Source: an uncultured Opitutus sp. (GTDB lineage Bacteria > Verrucomicrobiota > Verrucomicrobiia > Opitutales > Opitutaceae). From it: 64,000 bases of DNA. The DNA lies in the NCBI GenBank assembly GCA_964406745.1, contig CAYOSX010000001.1, positions 57 through 64,056 of the forward strand. Reading direction: 5' to 3'. This document shows positions 39,596 to 48,645 of the stretch, one piece after another. A model generated the notes under the pieces. It worked only from the letters and a program-made list of their open reading frames with translations. It did not search any database and was not told the DNA's origin. Within the stretch, counting starts at the first letter, position 1. Every line of letters starts with the position of its first letter. Position numbers and translations under genes: made by a program.

Positions 39596-40894
39596 GTGCG
39601 CCACCTGTCCATTGCCTCCAAGACCTTCGAAGCTGAACTGAACGAATTCTGCCGGAGTACCGTCGTTCCCCGGGAGATTGCGGACTCGGTGACGACCATC
39701 CTCGCGGACGTGCGGCAGCGTGGCGATGAGGCGGTCTCCTACTACGCGGCCAAATTTGACGGCGCCAAGTTGCGGGCGCGCGATTTCCGCGTCAAAACGA
39801 GTGATCTTGCGGCCGCGGCGAAACGGATCTCGCCCGTCGAGATGAAGGCCATGGTGGCGGCGCGCGATAATATCGTCGCCTTCAATCAGCGCGGCCTTCC
39901 GAAGGATTGGAAAGCGCGCAACAAGCAGGGGGCCGAGATTGGTGAGCTGCACTTTCCGTTGCGGCGTGTCGGTCTTTACGTGCCGGGTGGGGAAGTGCCT
40001 CTCGTCTCGACCGTCCTGATGACGGCCACGCTGGCGAAAATCGCAGGATGCCCGGAGGTCGCGGTGTTCACCCCGTCGAATTCGCAGGGGCGCGTGGCCG
40101 ATGGCCTGCTCGCTGCACTTCACCTCGCCGGTGTTGAAGAGGTGTATCGGATCGGCGGCGTGCAAGCCGTGGGTGCAATGGCCTACGGCACCTTCACCGT
40201 TCCGGCCGTGGACAAGGTATTTGGTCCTGGCAATGCGTACGTGTGCGAAGCGAAGCGCCAGGTCTTCGGCACGGTGGGTGTCGATTCGCTGCCCGGCCCC
40301 AGTGAGGTCATGATTATCGCGGACGATTCGGCTCGTCCTGACTTTGCGGCTGCCGACTTGCTGGCTCAGGCGGAGCACGGTTCCGGACGGGAAAAGATCT
40401 ACCTTGTGGCGACCTCGAGCGCGCTCATCGAAGCGATCAACATGGAAATCGAATCCCAAATCAAGACCCTCACACGATCGGAAAAGACCCGTCGCGTGCT
40501 GGGGGAAGGCTTCCTCGCGATTCAGGTCAACAACATGGCGGAGGCCGCCCGTGTGGCGAATCATGTCGCCCCGGAGCATCTCGAGTTATTGGTCGTGCCC
40601 GCCGCGCAGAAGACCTTGATGCGCACCATTACGACGGCGGGCGCCATCATGCTTGGCAACTACACGCCCACGGCGGTGGGTGACTTCACCGCGGGGCCGA
40701 GTCATGTGCTGCCAACCGGTCGTGCCGGAAGGTTCTTCAGCGGACTCCGGGTCGCCGATTTCATGCGCCGGACGAGCATCGTGCGTTACGAACGCGCCAG
40801 CATCAAGAAGGCCGCCCCGGTGGTGTCGGCTTTTGCCACCATGGAAAAGCTCGATGCGCACGGCCGCTCGGTGACGATGCGCGCCATGGGCTGA
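39596..40894 (+). CDS. hisD: Histidinol dehydrogenase
   Basis: ...YVPGG..PL.STVLM.A..A..AG........P......; ...QAEHG... motifs. GTG start at 39596. Confidence 0.96.
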   Translation: MRHLSIASKTFEAELNEFCRSTVVPREIADSVTTILADVRQRGDEAVSYYAAKFDGAKLRARDFRVKTSDLAAAAKRISPVEMKAMVAARDNIVAFNQRGLPKDWKARNKQGAEIGELHFPLRRVGLYVPGGEVPLVSTVLMTATLAKIAGCPEVAVFTPSNSQGRVADGLLAALHLAGVEEVYRIGGVQAVGAMAYGTFTVPAVDKVFGPGNAYVCEAKRQVFGTVGVDSLPGPSEVMIIADDSARPDFAAADLLAQAEHGSGREKIYLVATSSALIEAINMEIESQIKTLTRSEKTRRVLGEGFLAIQVNNMAEAARVANHVAPEHLELLVVPAAQKTLMRTITTAGAIMLGNYTPTAVGDFTAGPSHVLPTGRAGRFFSGLRVADFMRRTSIVRYERASIKKAAPVVSAFATMEKLDAHGRSVTMRAMG

Positions 40895-40989
40895 CAGCCT
40901 TTTGTTGCGCGGTTTTCGCCGGGCCGCCGCCGCGTCAGTCGCCCGCGCGCCGGACCGCCGCCGCGCCGCGCCGTCGAGGGACCAATCTC

Positions 40990-42102
40990 ATGTTCAACGA
41001 ACTTCAACGCCTGACGCTACCCCACATCGAGCGCCTGCATGCCTATACGCCGGGCGTGCAACCGACCGAACCGGGCTGGGTGAAGCTCAACACCAATGAG
41101 TGTCCGTATGCTCCGAGCCCGCGCGTCGCCGAGGCGATCCGACGAGAGCTCGGCAATGACGGTGAAAGCCTCCGCCTTTATCCGAATCCACGGAGCGCCC
41201 CCTTGCGACAGTTGATCGCGCGCCTGCATGGCATCACGGAGGACCATGTTATCATTGGCAACGGTTCCGATGATGTGCTGAACCTGCTCGTACGCTGCTT
41301 TGCCGGTCCGCAGGCGGCGGCGGGATATACGTTTCCAAGCTACTCGCTCTACCCGGTGCTGATCGCGATTCAGAATGGTGCCTTCCGGACCATCGAGTTC
41401 AGCCGCGAGATGACGCTGCCGGTCGAGGCGATCGTCAATTCCCAGGCGCCCGTTTTTTTTCTCACTTCGCCCAACGCACCCACCGGAGTCGGTTTCACCC
41501 AGGAGCAGCTTTCCAGCGTGCTGTCACGGTACAAGGGTATGCTGGTGGTGGACGAGGCCTACGCTCCGTTTGCGCGGGAGAATGCCGTGCCGCTCCTCTC
41601 GAGGCACCCACGCCTGGTGATCACGCGGACACTCTCCAAGGCGCATGCACTTGCGGGTATCCGTGTGGGCTACGCTCTGGGGCATCCCGATGTGATTGAT
41701 CTGCTCGATCGGGTACGCGACAGCTACAACGTGAACCGTCTTTCCCAAGCGGCCGCCTTTGCTGCGCTCAGCGATCCGGGTTATTACGACGCGATCATTG
41801 GCAAGATTGTACGGACACGCGATTACTGGCTCGGCGAATGGACCGGCCGTCGCGGATGGTTCGCCTATCCGTCGGAAGCCAACTTCATCTTTACGGAGCC
41901 GCGCGATCTCTCAGGCCGTGCTGGACCGGATGTTGCCAAGGATCTCTATACCTTCCTGTTGTCGCGCAAGATCCTCGTGCGGTACTTCCCGAGCCACGCC
42001 TTGACCGCAACCTTCCTCCGCATCAGCGTCGGCACCGACGATGAAATGCTCGCCGTCAATGAAGCCTTCGACGCATGGCAACAGAACGCAAAGCAACGCT
42101 GA
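40990..42102 (+). CDS. hisC: Histidinol-phosphate aminotransferase (cytoplasmic, no signal peptide)
   Basis: [23 protein letters not shown] and [15 protein letters not shown] (PLP Lys) motifs. Located between hisD and hisB. Confidence 0.93.
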   Translation: MFNELQRLTLPHIERLHAYTPGVQPTEPGWVKLNTNECPYAPSPRVAEAIRRELGNDGESLRLYPNPRSAPLRQLIARLHGITEDHVIIGNGSDDVLNLLVRCFAGPQAAAGYTFPSYSLYPVLIAIQNGAFRTIEFSREMTLPVEAIVNSQAPVFFLTSPNAPTGVGFTQEQLSSVLSRYKGMLVVDEAYAPFARENAVPLLSRHPRLVITRTLSKAHALAGIRVGYALGHPDVIDLLDRVRDSYNVNRLSQAAAFAALSDPGYYDAIIGKIVRTRDYWLGEWTGRRGWFAYPSEANFIFTEPRDLSGRAGPDVAKDLYTFLLSRKILVRYFPSHALTATFLRISVGTDDEMLAVNEAFDAWQQNAKQR

Positions 42103-42671
42103 CTCGTAAAACAGCCGAAACCGACATCGCCCTGACCCTGGCGCTTGACGGGCGGGGTCGCTCGGAGATCGCCACCGGGGTGCCGTTCTTCGACCACATG
42201 CTCACCCTGTTTGCCAGGCACGGGCTTTTCGATCTGTCGGTGAATTGCAAAGGCGACGTCGACGTCGATTACCATCACACGGTCGAGGATGTCGGATTGG
42301 TCCTTGGGGATGCGTTCAAGCAGGCCCTTGGGGACAAGCTGGGCATCCGGCGCTACGGTTTCTTCCTGCTCCCGATGGACGAGTCGCTTGCCCGAATCGT
42401 GGTCGATATCGGCGGGCGTCCCCATCTCGTTTACGACGCCGAGGCGCCGACCATGTTCGTGCGCGATTTCAACATCGTGCTCGTGAAGGAGTTTTGCCGG
42501 GCGTTTAGCAACGCGCTCGGCTGCAACCTGCACGTGAAGCTGGAGTACGGTGAGGAGCCGCATCACGTCGCCGAAGCGATTTTCAAGGGCCTGGCCCGGG
42601 CGCTCGATGTCGCGACTCAGGTCGATGCCCGTGCGGCGGATCAGTTGCCGAGCACCAAGGGTAAGATCTGA
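42075..42671 (+). CDS. hisB: Imidazoleglycerol-phosphate dehydratase
   Basis: RKTAETDI...L.LDG.G......TG.PFFDHML..F..HG.FDL......D...D.HHT.ED.G..LG. The only ATG (42075) overlaps the hisC 3' end by 28 nt. Confidence 0.95.
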   Translation: MATERKATLTRKTAETDIALTLALDGRGRSEIATGVPFFDHMLTLFARHGLFDLSVNCKGDVDVDYHHTVEDVGLVLGDAFKQALGDKLGIRRYGFFLLPMDESLARIVVDIGGRPHLVYDAEAPTMFVRDFNIVLVKEFCRAFSNALGCNLHVKLEYGEEPHHVAEAIFKGLARALDVATQVDARAADQLPSTKGKI

Positions 42672-42681
42672 AAACAGACTC

Positions 42682-42706
42682 GCGCCCGGGGTTTGACCCC
42701 GGGCGC
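42682..42706. terminator. GC-rich hairpin between convergent hisB and aminotransferase paralogue 1 (putative bidirectional terminator)
   Basis: gcgcccgggg/ccccgggcgc 10-bp stem with loop tttga. No clear U-tract on either side. Confidence 0.45.
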
Positions 42707-42768
42707 AAGGGTCAGGTTGTCTTGGAGTCGGTGGAGGAGCCGAGCAAATGCTGACGCAGTGCGTTGGC

Positions 42769-43902
42769 TCAGGTTTTGCCGAGAATTCGTGAGAGCTCGC
42801 CGAGGAACATGTCCATCTGCTCTTTCGTGCCGATGCTCACGCGGCACCAGTTGCCGTAGGTCCCCTCCGGCACGCCGCTCTCGCGCGTGCTGCCGATGAG
42901 GATGTTGGCCTCGCGCATTTTTGCGTTCAGTTCACGGCCGGGGATGCCGGCGTGAAAATAGATGAAGGCGCCTTGAGGGTTCTTCACGTAGTCGATGCCC
43001 ATCTTGGCGAACTCGGCGCAGACGTAGTTGCGAACATCGGAGTAATTCCTGCGGTTCATTTCGAGGTGGGCTTCGTCCTTCAACGCCTCCTGCGCCGCGA
43101 TGGCGGCGAGGAAGCTCGGGCCGCTGGTCGAGAACTCGGCCAGCCTGTCGAGCACCTCAGGATGCCCCATCCCGTAGCCGAAACGCAGCCCGGCCATGCC
43201 GTGGCCCTTCGAGAAGGTACGGGTCACCAGCAGGTTTTTCCTCACGTTTACCAGCGGAGCCATGGTGTTGGCCTTCAACCCGCTGTCCGCGATCTCCAGG
43301 TAGGCCTCGTCGACGAACACGAGGATGTGTTGCGGCACCGACATGATGAAACGCCGCAGTTCGGCCGGATCGGCCAGCGTGCCGGTCGGATTGTTCGGAT
43401 TGCAGATGTAGACGATGACGGTGTTGTCGTCGATCTCGCGGGCCAGCGCCTTGAAGTCGTAGCCCATGTCGGCGCCGAGCGGCGCGAATTTCACGTCGCC
43501 GCCACGTTGCTCGAACCGATTGATGAGCGAGGTGTAACCCATGGCGGTGGTGACCACATTCTTGCCCGGTTTCGCATAGGCGAGTGCGGTGAGCGAGAGG
43601 AGCGGGCCGGATCCCGCGGTGGTCATGATGTGGTTTTCTTTCACGCCGTTGTAGGCGGCGCAGAGTTTGATGAACTCCGAGATCTCATCGCGGTTGTAGT
43701 AGTTGCCTGTCGAAATTTCCGACGTGAGGCGTTCGAGGGCCTTGGGCGAGAAGCCCCAGACGTTTTCGTTACTGCTGATCTTCACCTTGCCATCAATCTT
43801 GACCGGCTGGGCATGGAGCAGGGTGGCGGGAATAAACGTGGTGGCGGACATGAGCGCGGCGCAGGTCAGGCGGCGGGCGAGGGTGGATCGGAGCGTATTC
43901 AT
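42769..43902 (-). CDS. Exported HisC-family PLP aminotransferase, paralogue 1
   Basis: ATG at 43902 gives MNTLRSTLARRLTCAALMSATTFIPATLLHA/QP (signal peptide containing an RR pair). SSNEN, YICNPNNPTG, VDEAYLE and RTFSKGHGMAGLRFGY motifs are present. Confidence 0.85.
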   Translation of the reverse strand: MNTLRSTLARRLTCAALMSATTFIPATLLHAQPVKIDGKVKISSNENVWGFSPKALERLTSEISTGNYYNRDEISEFIKLCAAYNGVKENHIMTTAGSGPLLSLTALAYAKPGKNVVTTAMGYTSLINRFEQRGGDVKFAPLGADMGYDFKALAREIDDNTVIVYICNPNNPTGTLADPAELRRFIMSVPQHILVFVDEAYLEIADSGLKANTMAPLVNVRKNLLVTRTFSKGHGMAGLRFGYGMGHPEVLDRLAEFSTSGPSFLAAIAAQEALKDEAHLEMNRRNYSDVRNYVCAEFAKMGIDYVKNPQGAFIYFHAGIPGRELNAKMREANILIGSTRESGVPEGTYGNWCRVSIGTKEQMDMFLGELSRILGKT

Positions 43903-43946
43903 AGGGAGTGTATCGATTTTATGGATCAGATCGACGCTCCCCATCG

Positions 43947-43961
43947 AGCACCGGATATGCC
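43947..43961 (-). promoter_or_regulatory. Candidate sigma54 (-24/-12) promoter of paralogue 1
   Basis: Minus strand reads GGCAT-ATCCG-GTGCT. The GG-N10-GC spacing matches TGGCAC-N5-TTGC exactly. Lies ~45 nt upstream of the ATG at 43902. Confidence 0.5.
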
Positions 43962-44020
43962 GCGTCCGCGGTCGCCGCCGTGCAAAGAAATCATACCGCG
44001 ATCTTCTTTTTCATGGCACG

Positions 44021-44046
44021 AAAAAGGGCCGGTCAGTGACCGGCCC
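44021..44046 (-). terminator. Rho-independent terminator after paralogue 2
   Basis: Minus strand: gggccggtc-act-gaccggccc followed by TTTTT, 30 nt downstream of the stop at 44077. Confidence 0.7.
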
Positions 44047-44076
44047 GGAAGGAGCAGGACAGACTCTGATGAAGGC

Positions 44077-45198
44077 TCAGGTCTTTCCGAGGATTCGTGC
44101 GAATTCTCCGAGGAAGAGATCCATTTCCTCGCGTGTTCCGAGGCTCACGCGGGCCCACTCACCGTAGGCGCCTTCGGGTACGCCGCTTTCACGGGAGCCG
44201 CTGATGAAGACTTTCGCGTCGCGCATCCTGGCGACCAGCTCGGAGCCGGGCATGCCGGCCTGGAAGTAGACGAAGGCTCCTTGGGGAGCGGCGTACTTGA
44301 CGCCGAGACGATCGAACTCCTTGCAGACGTAGTCACGCACCTCCTTGTAGTTCTTCCGGTTGGCCTCCATGTGCGCCTTGTCCTTGATCGCTTCCTGGGC
44401 GGCGATGGCGGCGAGGAAGCTCGGGCCTCCGGTGTGAAACCGGCGCAGATTGGCGAGTACTTCCGGGTTGGCGACGCCATAGCCGGCGCGAAGCCCGGCC
44501 ATGCCATGGGCCTTGGAGAAGGTGCGGGAGATCAGGAGATTTTTGCGCACCTTGACGAGCGGGGCCATGGTGTTCGCCTGGAGGCCGGTGTCCGACAACT
44601 CGAGATACGCCTCGTCCACGAAGACAAGGATGTGCGCCGGCACCGACATGATGAAGCGACGCAGCTCGGCGGGATCGGCGATGACGCCCGTCGGATTGTT
44701 CGGATTGCAGATATAAACGATGGCGGTGTTCTCGTCGATCTCGCGCGCCAACGCCTTGAAATCGTAACCCATGTCGGCGCTGAGCGGCGCGAATTTGATG
44801 TCGCCGCCGTGCTCCGTAAACGCGCGCGTGAGCTGCGTGTAACCCATGGCGGTGGTGACGACATTCTTGCCCGGTTTCGCATAGGCGAAGGCGGTGAGCA
44901 TGAGAATCGGTCCGGAGCCTGGCGTCGTGAGGATGAAGTCCTCCTTGACCCCCTCGGCAGCCGCGCAGAGGCGCACCATCTCGGCTACCTCGGTGTGATT
45001 GTAATAGTTGCCCGTGACGAGGGCCTCTTGCATGCGGGCGAGGGCTTTTGGCGTGTAGCCGAAGGCGTTCTCATTGCTGCTCAGGCGGGCGCGGGCGTCG
45101 CCTTGGGCTTGAAGGGACAGGCCGGGCAGGAGGGTGGCGAACGCGAGGGCGCCAGCAAGCAGGCGACTGCGCGGAGAAGGGAGGGCGGATCGTTTCAT
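44077..45198 (-). CDS. Exported HisC-family PLP aminotransferase, paralogue 2
   Basis: ATG at 45198 gives MKRSALPSPRSRLLAGALAFATLLPGLSLQA/QG. The SSNEN, NPNNPTG and RTFSKAHGMAGLRAGY motifs match paralogue 1, and long identical runs are shared with it. Confidence 0.85.
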   Translation of the reverse strand: MKRSALPSPRSRLLAGALAFATLLPGLSLQAQGDARARLSSNENAFGYTPKALARMQEALVTGNYYNHTEVAEMVRLCAAAEGVKEDFILTTPGSGPILMLTAFAYAKPGKNVVTTAMGYTQLTRAFTEHGGDIKFAPLSADMGYDFKALAREIDENTAIVYICNPNNPTGVIADPAELRRFIMSVPAHILVFVDEAYLELSDTGLQANTMAPLVKVRKNLLISRTFSKAHGMAGLRAGYGVANPEVLANLRRFHTGGPSFLAAIAAQEAIKDKAHMEANRKNYKEVRDYVCKEFDRLGVKYAAPQGAFVYFQAGMPGSELVARMRDAKVFISGSRESGVPEGAYGEWARVSLGTREEMDLFLGEFARILGKT

Positions 45199-45250
45199 AG
45201 TGGTGAAGGTCCAGGCTTGCGGGGCGCACGGCCGGGATGCGTAGCGAGGG

Positions 45251-45265
45251 AGCACCCGGTGTGCC
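45251..45265 (-). promoter_or_regulatory. Candidate sigma54 (-24/-12) promoter of paralogue 2
   Basis: Minus strand reads GGCAC-ACCGG-GTGCT with correct spacing, ~53 nt upstream of the ATG at 45198. Confidence 0.5.
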
Positions 45266-45312
45266 GGCTGCCCGCGGGCACGGAGGAAAAAAACTAATGC
45301 GATGCTCCGGAA

Positions 45313-46428
45313 TCAGGTTTTGCCGAGGATGCTCGCCGTCGCCCCGAGGAAGAGCTCCATGTCTTCCTGCGTGCCGATGCTGACCCGCACCCATTCGGCA
45401 TAGTCGGTCTCCAGCGGACCGAGGCCGAAGGGGCGTGTGACCATGATCTTCTTCTCGAGCATCTTCTTCACGAATTCCGAGGAATCCATGCCGGCCTTGA
45501 AAAGGATGAAGGCGCCTTCCGGCTTCGCATAGGCGAGGCCAAGGCGGTCGAACTCCTTGCAAACGTAGGCACGGACCTCCTGGTACTTGCGCACGTTCTC
45601 CTGAAGGTGAGCCTGATCCTTGATCGCTTCCTGCGCGGCGATGGCGGCGAGGTAGCTGGGCGAGGCGCCGATGTTGTGGCGCTGCAGCTTCGCCAGTGTA
45701 TCCGGATGTGCGATACCGTAGCCGGCGCGGAAGCCCGCGAGGGCATAGGCTTTCGAGAACGTGCGGCTGACCACGAGATTGCGACGGACCTTGACCAAAG
45801 GCGCCATCGAGTTTGCGGGCACGCCTCCGGCCGAGAGCTCAAGGTAGGCCTCGTCAACGAAGACGAGGACGTTGGCCGGGACCGACATGATGAAGCGGCG
45901 GAGCTCCGCCGGATCGGCGAGCACGCCGGTGGGATTGTTCGGATTGCAGATATAGACCATCGACGTGTGGTCATCGATGCTCAGCGCCATGGCCTTGAAA
46001 TCGTAGCCGAGCTGCTCATTGACCGTGACGTATTTGATGGTGCCACCCCACTTCGCGAACGTGGACGTCAGTTGCGGGTAGCCTGGCGCCGCGGTCACGA
46101 TGTTGACCCCCTCGCGTCCAAAAGCGGCGCCGGTCATTTCGAGCAAGGGGCCCGACCCGGCGGTGGGAAGGATGTAGTTGGGTGCGACGCTCTCTTTCTC
46201 GGCGCAGATGCGCACCATCTCATCGACCTCGTTGCGATTGTAGTAATTGGCGCTTTCAACGTAGCGGATGACCGCTTCCTTCGCCTTCGGGCTGTAGCCG
46301 AAGGGGTTTTCGTTGCTGCCGAGGCGCAGGGGACTGGAGCTGTCGGTGGGAGCGGCGGACAAGGCGGTGAGGCCGGCAAGGGCCAGGCCCGCGTGGAGGC
46401 AGAGGGAACGCAGGGAGTGTTTTTTCAT
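45313..46428 (-). CDS. Exported HisC-family PLP aminotransferase, paralogue 3
   Basis: MKKHSLRSLCLHAGLALAGLTALSA/AP signal peptide. GSNENPFGYSPKA, YICNPNNPTG, VDEAYLE and RTFSKAYALAGFRAGY motifs are present. Confidence 0.85.
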   Translation of the reverse strand: MKKHSLRSLCLHAGLALAGLTALSAAPTDSSSPLRLGSNENPFGYSPKAKEAVIRYVESANYYNRNEVDEMVRICAEKESVAPNYILPTAGSGPLLEMTGAAFGREGVNIVTAAPGYPQLTSTFAKWGGTIKYVTVNEQLGYDFKAMALSIDDHTSMVYICNPNNPTGVLADPAELRRFIMSVPANVLVFVDEAYLELSAGGVPANSMAPLVKVRRNLVVSRTFSKAYALAGFRAGYGIAHPDTLAKLQRHNIGASPSYLAAIAAQEAIKDQAHLQENVRKYQEVRAYVCKEFDRLGLAYAKPEGAFILFKAGMDSSEFVKKMLEKKIMVTRPFGLGPLETDYAEWVRVSIGTQEDMELFLGATASILGKT

Positions 46429-46460
46429 GGTGGATGGAGGCAGGGTGACGTCCGTCAGGG

Positions 46461-46475
46461 AGCACCGGCCGTGCC
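46461..46475 (-). promoter_or_regulatory. Candidate sigma54 (-24/-12) promoter of paralogue 3
   Basis: Minus strand reads GGCAC-GGCCG-GTGCT with correct spacing, ~33 nt upstream of the ATG at 46428, in the divergent region shared with hisH. Confidence 0.5.
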
Positions 46476-46568
46476 CGGGACCGATCCGATGTCTTGCAAA
46501 AAACTCATGGGTCGGGGCGCGATTTTCGGGATGGCGCGGAGCGTGGGCGGGCGTAAGGTGTCAGGTCC

Positions 46569-47225
46569 ATGTCCGCCACCGTCATCGCCGTCATCGACAA
46601 TGGAATCTGCAACCTGCGCAGCGTGACCAAGGCCCTCGAGGCCGTGGGCGCGGCTCCTCAGGTCGTGCGCACACCGGCTGAAGTCGAGGCGGCGGATGCC
46701 GCCGGCCTCGTATTGCCCGGCGTGGGCGCGCTGCGCGATTGCGTGGCTTCGCTCCGGGCCACCGGGCTTTCCGAGACGGTGAAGGCGTGGATTGCCGCGG
46801 ACCGTCCCTTTCTCGGCGTGTGTCTCGGCATGCAGGCCCTGTTTGAGCGGTCGGAAGAAGGCGGGGTGACGGGCCTCGGGGTCTTTCCGGGCGAAGTTCG
46901 CCGATTCCGCCTGCCGAGCGAGTTCAAGGTGCCTCACATGGGATGGAATACGGTGCAATTTGTGCAGCCCCATTCGCCGCTCGGGGAGGGCCTTGCGGTG
47001 TCCGGAGAGTCGTTCTACTTCGTCCACAGCTATTATTGCGTGCCGGCAGATCGCAGCTTGGTGCTCGCCGAGTGTGATTACGGCGGTCCGTTCACCGCGG
47101 CGATTGGTCGCGGGGTCTGTTTCGCCACCCAGTTTCACCCTGAGAAGAGTCAGGCGAAAGGACTGCAGATCTACCGGAATTTTGCCGCGGTGGCGGAGAA
47201 GGGCAGCGCCTTGGCTTCCCGCTGA
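46569..47225 (+). CDS. hisH: Imidazole glycerol phosphate synthase, glutamine amidotransferase subunit
   Basis: I.VID.G.GN..S..KAL...G........P......D...LPGVG.F......L...; GVCLGMQ (catalytic Cys); ...QFHPEKS. Confidence 0.95.
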   Translation: MSATVIAVIDNGICNLRSVTKALEAVGAAPQVVRTPAEVEAADAAGLVLPGVGALRDCVASLRATGLSETVKAWIAADRPFLGVCLGMQALFERSEEGGVTGLGVFPGEVRRFRLPSEFKVPHMGWNTVQFVQPHSPLGEGLAVSGESFYFVHSYYCVPADRSLVLAECDYGGPFTAAIGRGVCFATQFHPEKSQAKGLQIYRNFAAVAEKGSALASR

Positions 47226-47337
47226 GATTCAACGTCCTAACCTGACCGGCGCGGAGCACTTATGGTCGGACGCGAACGCGCGACCCCGGCCAACTTTGCT
47301 TTGCAAGCCGGGGGAATTTTGTTCTGTTGCCTTGATC

Positions 47338-48633
47338 ATGGCCAACAACGCTACCCTCAAGGTCGATAACAAGGAACTGACCCTGCCCGTCATCACGGGC
47401 TCGGAGGGGGAAAAAGGCATCGACATTTCGAAACTGAGGGCCGAGACGGGCTACATCACCTTCGACGACGGTTTTGGGAACACCGGCTCCTGCACGAGTG
47501 ACATCACCTACATCGATGGCGAGGCGGGCATCCTGCGTTACCGCGGCTACCCGATTGAACAGCTCGCTGAAAAATCGAACTTCGTCGAGACGGCCTACCT
47601 GGTGATGAACGGTGAGCTGCCGAAGCCCGATCAACGCGCGAAGTTTTCCCTGTTGCTCACCCAGAATGCACCTCTGCGCGAGGGCATGCTGCGTTTCATC
47701 CAGAGTTTCCCCCGGGATGCGCATCCGATGGCTGTGCTTTCCGCGACGCTCAACGCTTTGGGGGCGTACTACCCCCACCTCGCGAGCAACAACCACCAGC
47801 GCGACCTCGAGCATTTTGACGAAGCCGCTGCGATCGCGATCTCCAAAGTGCGCACGATCGCCGCGCACACCTTCCGGGTCAGTCGCGGACAGCCCTTCAA
47901 CTATCCCCGGCCCAACTTCGGTTACTGCGAGAATTTCCTGCATCTGATGTTCTCGGAGCCGTACAACGAGTACGTGCCCACGGCCGAGGTTGCATCCGCC
48001 CTCAATCTCTTCCTGCTCCTCCACGCCGATCATGAGCAGAACTGTTCCACCTCGACTGTCCGCATGGTTGCCTCCGCGGGAGCCAACCTCTTCGCTTCGG
48101 TCTCGGCCGGCGTGAACGCCCTCTGGGGCCCCCTCCACGGCGGGGCGAACATGGCCGTCATCGAGATGTTGAAGAACATCCACGCCGAGGGTGACGACGG
48201 TACGAAATTCATCGCCGCCGCCAAGGCGGGCAAAGGTGACCGTCTGATGGGTTTTGGTCACCGCGTTTACAAAAACTACGACCCGCGTGCGAAGATCATC
48301 AAGACGAGCTTCTACAAGGCGCTCGCGTCGCTCGGCATCAAGGACGACCCCCTGCTGAACATCGCCATGAAGCTCGAAGAGGTGGCGCTGAACGACGACT
48401 ACTTCGTTTCGCGCAAGCTCTACCCGAACGTCGACTTCTACTCCGGGCTCATCATGCGCGCACTCGGCATTCCCGAGAACATGTTCACGGTCATGTTCGC
48501 CATCGGGCGGATGCCCGGCTGGATCGCGCAATGGCGGGAGGTCGCGCAGACTCCGAAGCTCAAGATCTACCGCCCGCGGCAGATCTACACGGGTTCGCCG
48601 GCGCGCAATATCGTGCCCATCAACCTGCGCTGA
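47338..48633 (+). CDS. gltA: Citrate synthase
   Basis: ATG at 47338 ([18 protein letters not shown]...). [35 protein letters not shown] and GFGHRVYK motifs. The ORF-track start at 46960 overlaps hisH and is rejected. Confidence 0.96.
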   Translation: MANNATLKVDNKELTLPVITGSEGEKGIDISKLRAETGYITFDDGFGNTGSCTSDITYIDGEAGILRYRGYPIEQLAEKSNFVETAYLVMNGELPKPDQRAKFSLLLTQNAPLREGMLRFIQSFPRDAHPMAVLSATLNALGAYYPHLASNNHQRDLEHFDEAAAIAISKVRTIAAHTFRVSRGQPFNYPRPNFGYCENFLHLMFSEPYNEYVPTAEVASALNLFLLLHADHEQNCSTSTVRMVASAGANLFASVSAGVNALWGPLHGGANMAVIEMLKNIHAEGDDGTKFIAAAKAGKGDRLMGFGHRVYKNYDPRAKIIKTSFYKALASLGIKDDPLLNIAMKLEEVALNDDYFVSRKLYPNVDFYSGLIMRALGIPENMFTVMFAIGRMPGWIAQWREVAQTPKLKIYRPRQIYTGSPARNIVPINLR

Positions 48634-48645
48634 ACGCGGGAGGAC

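Noticed and set aside
42075-42102. 28-nt overlap between the hisC 3' end and the hisB start, considered as a possible frameshift or fusion signal.
   Set aside because: Both frames give full-length, canonical proteins, and ATG 42075 is the only start that preserves the conserved HisB N-terminus (R.TAET.I). A simple coding overlap between adjacent operon genes is the most economical reading.
45268-45292. Palindrome tgcccgcgggca next to an A7 run, downstream of the paralogue 3 stop, considered as an intrinsic terminator.
   Set aside because: In the direction of minus-strand transcription the U-tract comes before the hairpin, not after it, and the stem would have almost no loop. It does not fit a rho-independent terminator.
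42952-45297. 781-aa plus-strand ORF, and similar long ORFs elsewhere (1789-2892 +, 21154-22089 -, 30788-32089 -, 35006-36160 -, 47260-48531 -, 53529-55301 +, 60690-61784 +, 55392-56492 +).
   Set aside because: All lie antisense to, or out of frame with, genes that have strong family signatures. Their translations are low-complexity and R/G/A/P/D-rich with no motifs. Stop-codon-poor antisense frames are expected in GC-rich DNA.
46960-47337. N-terminal 126-codon extension of the citrate synthase ORF that overlaps hisH.
   Set aside because: The extension is Arg/Ser/Pro-rich and overlaps the well-supported hisH frame. The conserved citrate synthase sequence begins at the ATG at 47338 (MANNATLKV...).
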